From Henriciella sp. (GTDB lineage Bacteria > Pseudomonadota > Alphaproteobacteria > Caulobacterales > Hyphomonadaceae), in contig JAQWGO010000085.1 in NCBI GenBank assembly GCA_029238175.1, positions 2,995 through 66,994 on the forward strand: 64,000 nt of DNA, written 5' to 3'. Position numbers and translations under genes: made by a program. Below, in pieces: positions 55,911 through 64,000 of this stretch. Every line of letters starts with the position of its first letter. Within the stretch, counting starts at the first letter, position 1. Below the pieces are notes generated by a model. It had not been told where the DNA came from, searched no databases, and worked only from the letters and a program-made list of their open reading frames with translations.

Positions 55911-56429
55911 ATGAAATTTTCATCAACACGTGTATTAGTTCTCTTGCCTCTTCTTGCAGCCGCACCATTTGCTGGAGCTCAAGAGCCAACGAAGATTTTA
56001 GACGTCGAATTCAATCATCCAATACTAAGCGAAGCTGAACTCGGTTCAAAATTTGGGATGCGGCGTGACTCGATTAGTCAAACGCCAACGTGGCATGCCG
56101 GTGTCGATCTGGAAACTGAGCTCTCATCGCCAGTGTACGCGCCGGCCGACGGAACAATCACATTCGCCGGCACAAAACCTGGTTATGGAAACACGATTGA
56201 TCTCAAGATTAGCGATGACTGGGTGGTTCGTTTTGCACACCTTCAGGATATCAACGCTGAACCGGGACAAATCCTTGCCGGGGGAACAAAACTTGGGACC
56301 GCAGGCGGAATAGAAAAAGCTAGCGAACCTCACATCCATGTCGAGATGCTAAATGATGGGAAGCAATACGACCCGACTATTTTCAGCGATCTGCAATTGT
56401 TTGCGGCACCACCAAAAAGCGAAAACTAA
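55911..56429 (+). CDS. secreted M23-family peptidase
   Basis: Signal peptide [23 protein letters not shown], then WHAGVD and PHIHVE motifs. It is paralogous to the C-terminal domain of the preceding gene. Confidence 0.82.
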   Translation: MKFSSTRVLVLLPLLAAAPFAGAQEPTKILDVEFNHPILSEAELGSKFGMRRDSISQTPTWHAGVDLETELSSPVYAPADGTITFAGTKPGYGNTIDLKISDDWVVRFAHLQDINAEPGQILAGGTKLGTAGGIEKASEPHIHVEMLNDGKQYDPTIFSDLQLFAAPPKSEN

Positions 56430-57358
56430 TCGAACAGTTTCGACACGCTTTCATTGTTCGCAATCCGCCGGATCGCTTCGCCCAGAAGCGGTGCAACAGA
56501 TAGAACGCGCAGTTTCTTAGACTTCAGGTCGGCATCTGTCGGCCTGATCGTATTACAGATGACAAGCTCATCCATGACTGAGTCTTCGACCCGCTTCACC
56601 GCATTATTCGATAGAACGCCATGCGTAATATAGGCGCTAACCGCCGTTGCGCCCTGCTCTTTCAAAGCTGCAGCCGCATTACACAACGTGCCGCCCGAGT
56701 CGCAAATATCATCGACGAGGATACAGTTTCGGCCATCAACATCGCCGATAATGTTCATCACTACAGACTTACCCGCCTCAGGCCGTCGCTTGTCGACGAT
56801 CGCCAGATCCGCGCCAATCCGTTTCGCAAAAGAACGTGCTCGGACCACGCCGCCCGTATCAGGCGAAACCACCATCAGCTTCTCTTTGCCCATGCGGCGC
56901 TGGATATCATCAACCATGACAGGCAACGCAACCATATTGTCGGTCGGGATATCGAAGAAACCCTGAATCTGCCCGGCATGAAGGTCCATCGTCAAAACGC
57001 GGTCCGCGCCAGCTGAGGAAATCAAGTTCGCAACCAGCTTCGCTGAAATCGGCGTACGACCATCAGTCTTACGGTCCTGACGGGCATAGCCGTAATAAGG
57101 AATGACCGCTGTAATACGCTGCGCAGACGCCCTACGAAGCGCATCAATACAGATCAATAATTCCATCAAATTATCGTTGGCGGGCTTCGATGTTGATTGA
57201 ATGATAAAAACATCTTCGCCGCGAACATTCTCGTTAATGCGAACGAAAATCTCATTGTCTGCGAAGTTCTTCACCTCAGCATCCGTCAGGGGACAATCGA
57301 GATGATCGGCAATGGCTTCCGCCAATGGTCGATTCGCATTGCAGGAAATCAGTTTCAT
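56426..57358 (-). CDS. prs: ribose-phosphate diphosphokinase
   Basis: [19 protein letters not shown] and the PRPP loop [12 protein letters not shown]. Confidence 0.96.
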   Translation of the reverse strand: MKLISCNANRPLAEAIADHLDCPLTDAEVKNFADNEIFVRINENVRGEDVFIIQSTSKPANDNLMELLICIDALRRASAQRITAVIPYYGYARQDRKTDGRTPISAKLVANLISSAGADRVLTMDLHAGQIQGFFDIPTDNMVALPVMVDDIQRRMGKEKLMVVSPDTGGVVRARSFAKRIGADLAIVDKRRPEAGKSVVMNIIGDVDGRNCILVDDICDSGGTLCNAAAALKEQGATAVSAYITHGVLSNNAVKRVEDSVMDELVICNTIRPTDADLKSKKLRVLSVAPLLGEAIRRIANNESVSKLFD

Positions 57359-57461
57359 GGGAGTGCCGCCTATGCCCGTTCGCCTGTCTTTGGCTTAAAG
57401 ACCAATGTCCGCCGAGTCGCAAGGTGACTCTGCGCCTTGGCGGTAGTTTTCCGCACGCGTG

Positions 57462-58346
57462 TTAAGCCGTGGCCTTTAAGACACGCCCGGCAACAGCATC
57501 CAGTTTCGCTAAAACTTCAGGATCACGTGCGTCCGGCGCTGTGATCAGCGCATAATCCAGGCAAGTATCAATGCCTTGTGGCGACGGCGTTCTAGGCACG
57601 CCTTGCAAAGCCGCAGCAAGTTTACCGACCGTCGATTTTGCCTTCGCCGTATTGATCGCCATCACTTCCAGTACGTCAGCGACCGTCACGCCCTCTTCCT
57701 CAACGCGCCAACAATCATAATCGGTGACCATCGCGATGGTCGCGTAGGGCAGCTCTGCCTCACGCGCCAGCTTCGCTTCAGGCATATTCGTCATACCAAT
57801 AACGTCGCAGCCCCACTGGCGGTACATATGGCTCTCAGCCCGCGTCGAAAACTGCGGCCCTTCCATCGCAAGGTAAGTCCCGCCGCGATGCACATTCGCG
57901 CCAGCAGCCCCCGCTGCGTCACCTGCCAATGCGGATAAGCGACGACACACCGGGTCAGCCGTTGAAACGTGCGCCACCATTCCCGGGCCAAAGAACGACT
58001 TCTCACGCGCAAAAGTCCGGTCAATGAACTGATCAACCATCACAAAGTCACCCGGCGCCATCTGCTCACGCAAAGACCCACAGGCGGAAATTGATAGAAT
58101 ATCAGTACACCCAAGCCGCTTCAGTGCATCAATGTTCGCGCGATACGGAACGGTTGTCGGCGTTAGGCGATGTCCCTTGCCGTGACGCGGCAGGAAGACA
58201 AACTCTACATCACCAACATGTCCTTTGACGAGCGCGTCTGACGGCGCACCCCAAGGCGTTTCAACGCGAACCTCTTCAGCGCCTTCAAGCCCATCAATTT
58301 CATAGAGGCCCGATCCACCAATAACGCCAATCACCCATTTAGACAT
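57462..58346 (-). CDS. mtnP: S-methyl-5'-thioadenosine phosphorylase
   Basis: IGVIGGSGLYEI, FLPRHG(K)GH and MTNMPEAKLAREAE are typical of MTAP-type PNP family enzymes. Confidence 0.9.
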   Translation of the reverse strand: MSKWVIGVIGGSGLYEIDGLEGAEEVRVETPWGAPSDALVKGHVGDVEFVFLPRHGKGHRLTPTTVPYRANIDALKRLGCTDILSISACGSLREQMAPGDFVMVDQFIDRTFAREKSFFGPGMVAHVSTADPVCRRLSALAGDAAGAAGANVHRGGTYLAMEGPQFSTRAESHMYRQWGCDVIGMTNMPEAKLAREAELPYATIAMVTDYDCWRVEEEGVTVADVLEVMAINTAKAKSTVGKLAAALQGVPRTPSPQGIDTCLDYALITAPDARDPEVLAKLDAVAGRVLKATA

Positions 58347-58434
58347 AACTTCAACTCCAGATACGAAAACCCCGCCCTTGGATCAGTTCAAACTGGGCCA
58401 GAGCGGGGCTATCAATTCAAATGAATGCTAGAGC

Positions 58435-59379
58435 CTAGTGCTTAACATTCCGCCAAATGCGCTTGTATGAGAACCAAAGCAGGATCGTCAGCAGCAGCAA
58501 ATAAATCAATACAGGTAGGGCCAAAGATTTACGCTGTCCTTGCTTTGGATCACCGGCCCAATGCAAGAATTGCGCAACATCATAAGCCATCTGCTCAGTT
58601 GTTGCTTCGGTACCGTCCATATACTCAACGCGGCCTTCTGGAAGCTGCGGTGCCATGGCCAAGAAGCCGCCATAAGGCTTGTGACGTGGATCACCAGCCC
58701 ATTGAGCGGTGACATCACCCGGCATGTACGGGTTGTAGTACTGCCCGGTCGGCTGAAGAAGTGTGCCAACAACTTCACCCTTGTCGAACTCAATATAATT
58801 GATGTTCAGGCCGTCATCGCCCTTTTTAGACTTAATCTTTTCAGCATCGGGATATCCGCTGAGTAGTGAATAAACATAGCTCGCGCCTTGGCCCTCGGCC
58901 CCGTGCCCACGCGCTTTCGTGATCACTGAAAGGTCTGGTGGCAAAGCGCCGCCATTCGCTGCGCGCGCAGCCTGATCATTCGGATACGGCGACCGGAAAC
59001 GATCTGACGGACGCGCTGGACGATAAAACGGATCACCGCTTTCATCCGGTTCAAGAGCCAGGATTTCATCCTCAGCCGCAATCGCCTTTACGAGTGGGTT
59101 ATCGTTCGCGTTCGGGTACGCGTCATCATAAAATGGACCACCCTTCTCACCCAAATTCCGGTAAGATAGAAGCTTTAAGCCATGGCAAGACGCGCAAACT
59201 TCTTTGTAGACTTGGAAGCCGCGCTGAGCGCTTTCTTTATCGATCTGGCCAGCAGGAACCTTTGCAAACGACCAACCACCCTCAGGGGCCTCAGCGTGCT
59301 TTGAACCGCCCGCAGCATGAGCCGATAGACCGAGGGCCATAGCGCCTAGACCTACGAGAAGAGTACGGAAAATAGTCAT
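58435..59379 (-). CDS. petC: cytochrome c1
   Basis: Signal peptide, haem motif CASCHG, a C-terminal TM anchor, and last position in the petABC operon. Confidence 0.93.
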   Translation of the reverse strand: MTIFRTLLVGLGAMALGLSAHAAGGSKHAEAPEGGWSFAKVPAGQIDKESAQRGFQVYKEVCASCHGLKLLSYRNLGEKGGPFYDDAYPNANDNPLVKAIAAEDEILALEPDESGDPFYRPARPSDRFRSPYPNDQAARAANGGALPPDLSVITKARGHGAEGQGASYVYSLLSGYPDAEKIKSKKGDDGLNINYIEFDKGEVVGTLLQPTGQYYNPYMPGDVTAQWAGDPRHKPYGGFLAMAPQLPEGRVEYMDGTEATTEQMAYDVAQFLHWAGDPKQGQRKSLALPVLIYLLLLTILLWFSYKRIWRNVKH

Positions 59380-59391
59380 GTCCGTTAGTCC

Positions 59392-60834
59392 CTATTCGGC
59401 TGGTACAGCTGCTGGAGCGTGATCGCCCAGAACTGACTTGTGGATTGAATCAGGTTCGCCTTTTGGCTTCTCACGCAGACCTAAGATCGGAAGGATCAAC
59501 AGGAAGTACGCGAAATAGTAAGCCGTGAGAATTTGCGACAAGATTTTGAAAGTGAAAGCAGGCGCCTTTTTGACCGCCATAGATGCTGTTGCACCCGCGG
59601 CTTGTTGCTCATCACGGAACTCTGCAGCCGCTTCATACTCATCAAAAGTACGCGTGCCTTCTAGGCCAGCCGTATCGATGTATGAAACGATCAACTTGTC
59701 TTCACCCATCGCGATTAGCGGATCATCTGGGTTTGACGCACCGCACCAGCCAAGAAGCAGGCAAGAGATAACAAAGCCAAAGAAGAATTGCTTCGCAACA
59801 GGACGATAGCGCATAGACTTCGTTTTAGCCGTATCAAGCCAAGGCAGAACGAAGAGAACCGCAATTGAACCGAACATGAAGAGGACACCAAGCAACTTCG
59901 CATCGATTGGACCAAGGTCAAACGTAATCGCACGCAGGATCGCATAGAATGGCAGCAGGTACCATTCAGGCACAATCTGAGCCGGCGTTACCAGCGGGTT
60001 CGCTTCGATAAAGTTATCAGCATGACCCAGCACGTTTGGCGCATAGAACACAAACACCGCGAAAATCATCAGGAAGACGACAATCGCGAAACCATCCTTC
60101 ACCGTGTAGTACGGATGGAATGGAATAGTGTCCTTCTTAACGTCCTGAACTTCAACGCCAGTAGGGTTGTTGTTTCCAGGAACATGCAGCGCCCAGATGT
60201 GAAGGATAACGACACCCGCAATCATAAACGGCAACAGGTAGTGCAGTGAGAAGAAGCGGTTCAGCGTTTGATTACCCACGGAAGGTCCGCCCATCAACCA
60301 GCTCTGAATACCCTCACCAACAAGTGGGATCGCGCCGAACAGGTTGATAATCACGTTAGCGCCGTGAAGGGACATCTGGCCCCATGGCAACATATAGCCA
60401 AGGAAAGCTGTCGCCATCATCAGAAGGAAGATGACGCATCCAAGGATCCACAGAACTTCACGCGGGGCCTTATATGACCCGTAATAGAGCCCGCGGAACA
60501 TGTGCACATAGACCGCAAGGAAAAACATTGACGCGCCGACCATGTGTATATTTCGGACTAACCAACCAAATGGCACATCACGCATAATCCGCTCAACTGA
60601 GCCGAAAGCCTCACTCACAGAAGCCGTATAGTGCATGGCCAAAACCACGCCTGTAATGATCTGAATAGCCAGACAGATGGCGAGAATGCCGCCAAATGTG
60701 TACCAATAGTTCAAGTTCTTTGGAGTTGGAAAATCAACAAAGCTGTCATGCGCCAGCCGAATAATCGGGAGGCGGCTATCTAGCCATTTCGTAAAGCCTG
60801 AAGCCGGCTTGTAGGTGGACTCGTGTCCGCTCAT
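59392..60834 (-). CDS. petB: cytochrome b (with about 55-aa insertion before the last TM helix)
   Basis: Haem-ligand His contexts, the PEWY loop ([15 protein letters not shown]), and 8 TM helices. At 480 aa it is longer than the roughly 430-440 aa I recall for Rhodobacter and Paracoccus. Confidence 0.95.
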   Translation of the reverse strand: MSGHESTYKPASGFTKWLDSRLPIIRLAHDSFVDFPTPKNLNYWYTFGGILAICLAIQIITGVVLAMHYTASVSEAFGSVERIMRDVPFGWLVRNIHMVGASMFFLAVYVHMFRGLYYGSYKAPREVLWILGCVIFLLMMATAFLGYMLPWGQMSLHGANVIINLFGAIPLVGEGIQSWLMGGPSVGNQTLNRFFSLHYLLPFMIAGVVILHIWALHVPGNNNPTGVEVQDVKKDTIPFHPYYTVKDGFAIVVFLMIFAVFVFYAPNVLGHADNFIEANPLVTPAQIVPEWYLLPFYAILRAITFDLGPIDAKLLGVLFMFGSIAVLFVLPWLDTAKTKSMRYRPVAKQFFFGFVISCLLLGWCGASNPDDPLIAMGEDKLIVSYIDTAGLEGTRTFDEYEAAAEFRDEQQAAGATASMAVKKAPAFTFKILSQILTAYYFAYFLLILPILGLREKPKGEPDSIHKSVLGDHAPAAVPAE

Positions 60835-60850
60835 CGGTCTCTGTCCTTCC

Positions 60851-61420
60851 TTAGAGTGAAATTTTGACGACTGTCGGCGTCACGTATTCGTATTCGGGAA
60901 CTGGCAAGTTCTTAGGCGCAGGGCCTTTGCGAATTCGGCCAGATGTATCGTAATGTGAGCCGTGGCATGGGCAGTACCAACCGCCATAGTCGCCAACCGC
61001 GCCCTGTGCTGGACCAACTGGAACGCAACCAAGGTGGGTACACGCGCCAGACGTCACCAGAATAGCTGGGTTCAATGTCCCATCTGGCAGCGGCTCTAAG
61101 CGGTCTTCATCCGTTTCCGGATCAGGCAGCTTCGACATAACAACACTCGCTGCCGCAGAAATCTCTGCCACGGTACGGTGGCGCAGGAAGAATGGCTTAC
61201 CGCCAATCAACACGCGAATCTCTCCGCCAAGTGGGATTTTTGAGATATCAACTTCGAGGCTGGACGCCGCTTTGGTGTCCCCAGCAGCATTCATTTGGTC
61301 CACAAGTGGATAAGCCACAAGACCAGCGCCTGCTACAGCAGCAGCACCAGCGGCAATGTGGATAAAATCCCGGCGCTCTTCATCGACCGCTTCGTGGGCC
61401 GTTGTATTGGAATCGCTCAC
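60851..61420 (-). CDS. petA: ubiquinol-cytochrome c reductase Rieske iron-sulfur subunit
   Basis: Tat-like RRDFIH, and the Rieske boxes CTHLGC and CPCHGSHY. Confidence 0.96.
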   Translation of the reverse strand: MSDSNTTAHEAVDEERRDFIHIAAGAAAVAGAGLVAYPLVDQMNAAGDTKAASSLEVDISKIPLGGEIRVLIGGKPFFLRHRTVAEISAAASVVMSKLPDPETDEDRLEPLPDGTLNPAILVTSGACTHLGCVPVGPAQGAVGDYGGWYCPCHGSHYDTSGRIRKGPAPKNLPVPEYEYVTPTVVKISL

Positions 61421-61582
61421 GTCATCTATTCCTTCGGCAAGACTATTCAGCCTAGATACACAGTTATGGGGAATGCATCATTGCGGCGCAGCGCCGCAAG
61501 GGACTCCCCTTCATCATCGCCGCCTAACGTGCCTTGGGGCCTATTTCAAGTTCCAAGGCTGCGATGAGATTGGGACGAAAGG

Positions 61583-63013
61583 TCACGACTCCGCTGCTGC
61601 GGCAGACAGATCATCGGCATAACGCCGCCATCCATCAACTGATGCCGTGGTCCAGCCTTGGCGAACTTGCCCCAAGCTGGCCGTTTGGACGGCGCGCGGG
61701 TTGTCAAAAAAGTTTAAACAGGCAGGATCATAAGGAAGTCCGGCAAAGTTCAGAATATTCTGCACCTGCGCTTCGGGTTCTGAAACAAGCGCTTCGTAAT
61801 CAACCTTCATCAGGCGCGGACCTAGAACGCTTTGCCAGTGCTCACAAAGCGAATCATGCGCGCGCAGAAATGCAAATGCATCCGATAGATTCGCCGACCA
61901 AGCCTGCCCCCTAGCAAAGTATGCTTTGAACGCCGATAGCGCCGCAGCTTCGTTCCTGCGTTTGACCCAGATAAATTTGGCATCCGGCATCGCCCGCGCC
62001 AGCACACCAGCAAACAAGTGAAGCGTCGCGGCTTTATCAGTCACAAATTGCGCCGAACTCACGCGCGCAGACACCAGCGCTTTATAAATCTGACCTATCT
62101 GCTGCCAAGGCGGCGGCGATATGGCTTCGAAGTCGGCCATTGAAGTGGGTGACATGTGCCGCACCGGCCACGTCGCCACGCGGCTAATCAAGCTCTCACC
62201 CAAGCCTTCAACCATTGGATGTGCGCTAATCACTTGCTCCAATAGCGTTGTGCCTGTGCGGGGCGCGCCCATAATAAAGATCGGCTTTGGCCCAGCAGCA
62301 TTCATTTGAGGCGTGATCGGCAAAGGCTCCGAAAAGTGTTGCTTCAGATACGCCATAAATTCGAGCATGCGCGGCTCAAACTTCATGGTGAGACTGACCA
62401 ATCGGTTGCCCTCTTTCCAAGACTTCATTGCGCGCTCAGCCTGACCTAGATCATCATAAGCCTTTCCAAGCGCAAAAAAGATCGCTGCGTTCTTCGGGCC
62501 CGAAGCCGCTTCCGCAAGTTGCTCCATTGCCGCCACATCGTCTGGACGTTCCGCAAAATTCAGAAACGCACCAAGCTGCACCCAAGCTTCAGCGAAATCA
62601 GGTTGCAGCGAAAGACAGCGCCGCAGCTCTGCCTCTGCCGCTTCAAACTTACCCGCCTGCGAAAGCTTCGTGCCGTAATGACAAGACAGGCCCGCATGAT
62701 CCGGAAACCGAACTGTTGCTTGTTTCGCAACCATCAGCGCTTCAGCGGTGTCGCCAATCCGTGCCAAACTTTCAGATAGTGAAACCGCCGCATCCGGCCG
62801 GCCATCCAGCTCAACAAAGGCTTGACGTGCGCCCCATTGGACTGCGTCTTCGTCGCCAAGGCTCTGCGCGATGGCCAAAACTCTAATCCATCCATCGCCC
62901 AAAGCAGGGCCTTGTTGTATCAAATTTCGAAGCGCGCCAACCGCCTCAGCTTCGCGGCCTTCAGTGATCATCCGCTGAATAGGCGCGACAGATTGGTCCA
63001 TAAGGGATTGCAC
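61583..63013 (-). CDS. TPR-repeat protein fused to a sulfotransferase domain
   Basis: The N-terminal 200 aa or so are TPR-like repeats. The C-terminal domain has the 5'-PSB loop (IMGAPRTGTTLLEQ) and 3'-PB-like (WVKRRNEAAALS) PAPS-binding motifs. Confidence 0.8.
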   Translation of the reverse strand: MQSLMDQSVAPIQRMITEGREAEAVGALRNLIQQGPALGDGWIRVLAIAQSLGDEDAVQWGARQAFVELDGRPDAAVSLSESLARIGDTAEALMVAKQATVRFPDHAGLSCHYGTKLSQAGKFEAAEAELRRCLSLQPDFAEAWVQLGAFLNFAERPDDVAAMEQLAEAASGPKNAAIFFALGKAYDDLGQAERAMKSWKEGNRLVSLTMKFEPRMLEFMAYLKQHFSEPLPITPQMNAAGPKPIFIMGAPRTGTTLLEQVISAHPMVEGLGESLISRVATWPVRHMSPTSMADFEAISPPPWQQIGQIYKALVSARVSSAQFVTDKAATLHLFAGVLARAMPDAKFIWVKRRNEAAALSAFKAYFARGQAWSANLSDAFAFLRAHDSLCEHWQSVLGPRLMKVDYEALVSEPEAQVQNILNFAGLPYDPACLNFFDNPRAVQTASLGQVRQGWTTASVDGWRRYADDLSAAAAES

Positions 63014-63092
63014 GTGTATCGTCTCCTGACACTATCGCTTAGGGGCATTGCAAATTACACCCGAACTGACCAGCTTAATGAGTAGAAATCGT

Positions 63093-63968
63093 ATGACACT
63101 CAATACCGAAAAACAGCGTGCCAAAACTTGGTTCAAAGCCTTGCAAGGCGACATCATCTCTCGTTTTGAAGCTTTAGAGGATGAGGCGACGCGCCCTCTC
63201 TACACCGGCGAAGCGGGCCGTTTTGAGAAAACGGACTGGAAACGCGGCGATGGCAGCGAAGATCTCGGCGGCGGCACAATGGCCATCATGCGCGGTAAGT
63301 TTTTTGAAAAAGTCGGCGTGCATTTTTCCGAAGTCTACGGCGAATTTTCAGAGGCTTTTCGCGCTCAAATTCCTGGCGCGGATAAATCAGATGGTCGCTT
63401 TTGGGCCTCCGGTGTCTCCCTAATTGCGCACATGCACAATCCCCGCGTCCCTGCCGTTCATATGAATACAAGAATGCTGGTCACGTCTGAAAGCTGGTTC
63501 GGCGGCGGCGGCGACCTTACGCCTTTGCTTGATTATCAAAGACAGGACAACTTTCCAGATACGGTAGATTTTCACGCTGCCATGCAGGGCGCTTGTGACC
63601 CTTATGACAAATCTTGGTATCCAGATTTCAAGCAACGCTGCAATGAATATTTCCATCTCGCCCACCGCGACGAGCCACGCGGCACAGGCGGCATTTTCTA
63701 TGACCGCCACAATACAGGCGATTGGGACCGCGACTTCGCCTTCACGCAAGACGTCGGCAAAGCCTTTGCAGACATCTATCCAAAAATCGCACGCCGCCGC
63801 ATGAATGAAGGCTGGACGCCAGAGGAACGCGAAGAACAACTCATCCGCCGCGGCCGCTATGTCGAGTTCAACCTACTCTACGATCGTGGAACAACATTCG
63901 GCCTAAAGACGGGCGGCAACGTCACTAGCATCCTGTCCAGCATGCCACCTGTCGTGAAGTGGCCTTAG
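63093..63968 (+). CDS. hemF: oxygen-dependent coproporphyrinogen III oxidase
   Basis: [24 protein letters not shown](T)FGL and the C-terminus PPVVKWP are HemF hallmarks. The start is uncertain (TTG 63048, ATG 63078 or ATG 63093). Confidence 0.93.
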   Translation: MTLNTEKQRAKTWFKALQGDIISRFEALEDEATRPLYTGEAGRFEKTDWKRGDGSEDLGGGTMAIMRGKFFEKVGVHFSEVYGEFSEAFRAQIPGADKSDGRFWASGVSLIAHMHNPRVPAVHMNTRMLVTSESWFGGGGDLTPLLDYQRQDNFPDTVDFHAAMQGACDPYDKSWYPDFKQRCNEYFHLAHRDEPRGTGGIFYDRHNTGDWDRDFAFTQDVGKAFADIYPKIARRRMNEGWTPEEREEQLIRRGRYVEFNLLYDRGTTFGLKTGGNVTSILSSMPPVVKWP

Positions 63969-64000
63969 TCTCTAATGAGTCAGTATGGATGGACCATTTG

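Noticed and set aside
1-64000. Mobile elements, prophage, CRISPR arrays, defence islands and rRNA operons.
   Set aside because: I recognised no transposase, integrase, phage structural, Cas or restriction-modification genes. I also saw no array of short direct repeats and no flanking tRNA or direct-repeat boundaries. This is based on reading the translations only.

Overview
This is a 64-kb, densely coding chromosomal segment that looks alphaproteobacterial. The signals for that are the petABC bc1 operon, ubiE-ubiB, rpmH-rnpA-yidC-engB, hpf-ptsN, and DUF1036-, UrcA- and Flp-type proteins. GC looks mid-50s % by eye and was not computed. I support about 75 protein genes, mostly housekeeping: sucCD, mutM, argB, dapD, dut-coaBC, truA-fmt-def, rmuC, ychF-pth-rplY, prs, mtnP and hemF. 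I recognised no rRNA, tRNA, CRISPR array, transposase, integrase or prophage gene. rpmH (44 codons) is real but falls below the ORF-track length cutoff.

The regions most worth a second look are:
- A PspF/sigma-54 phage-shock locus. A good -24/-12 promoter drives what looks like a six-ORF operon. Three ORFs are small predicted membrane or secreted proteins of 46, 37 and 60 aa, and the first two are not in the ORF track.
- A BlaI-like repressor followed by a BlaR1-like M56 protease. The protease's extracytoplasmic sensor domain is an M23 peptidoglycan peptidase, and a second secreted M23 peptidase follows. TACA/TGTA operator dyads lie upstream.
- An orphan Hcp-like protein carrying a Sec signal peptide.
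- A UrcA-type periplasmic protein with a 13-His tract.
- A stand-alone RnfD/NqrB-like membrane protein coupled to a DUF2330-like exported protein, next to an orphan Flp pilin.
- A DUF547 / TVP38 / FAD disulfide-reductase cluster.
- An insertion of about 55 aa in cytochrome b.

All family names come from motif recognition by eye. No database search was run. The ORF track marks non-ATG starts (TTG/GTG) as M, so many of its N-termini are over-extended, and I trimmed these where a signal peptide or RBS supports a later start.
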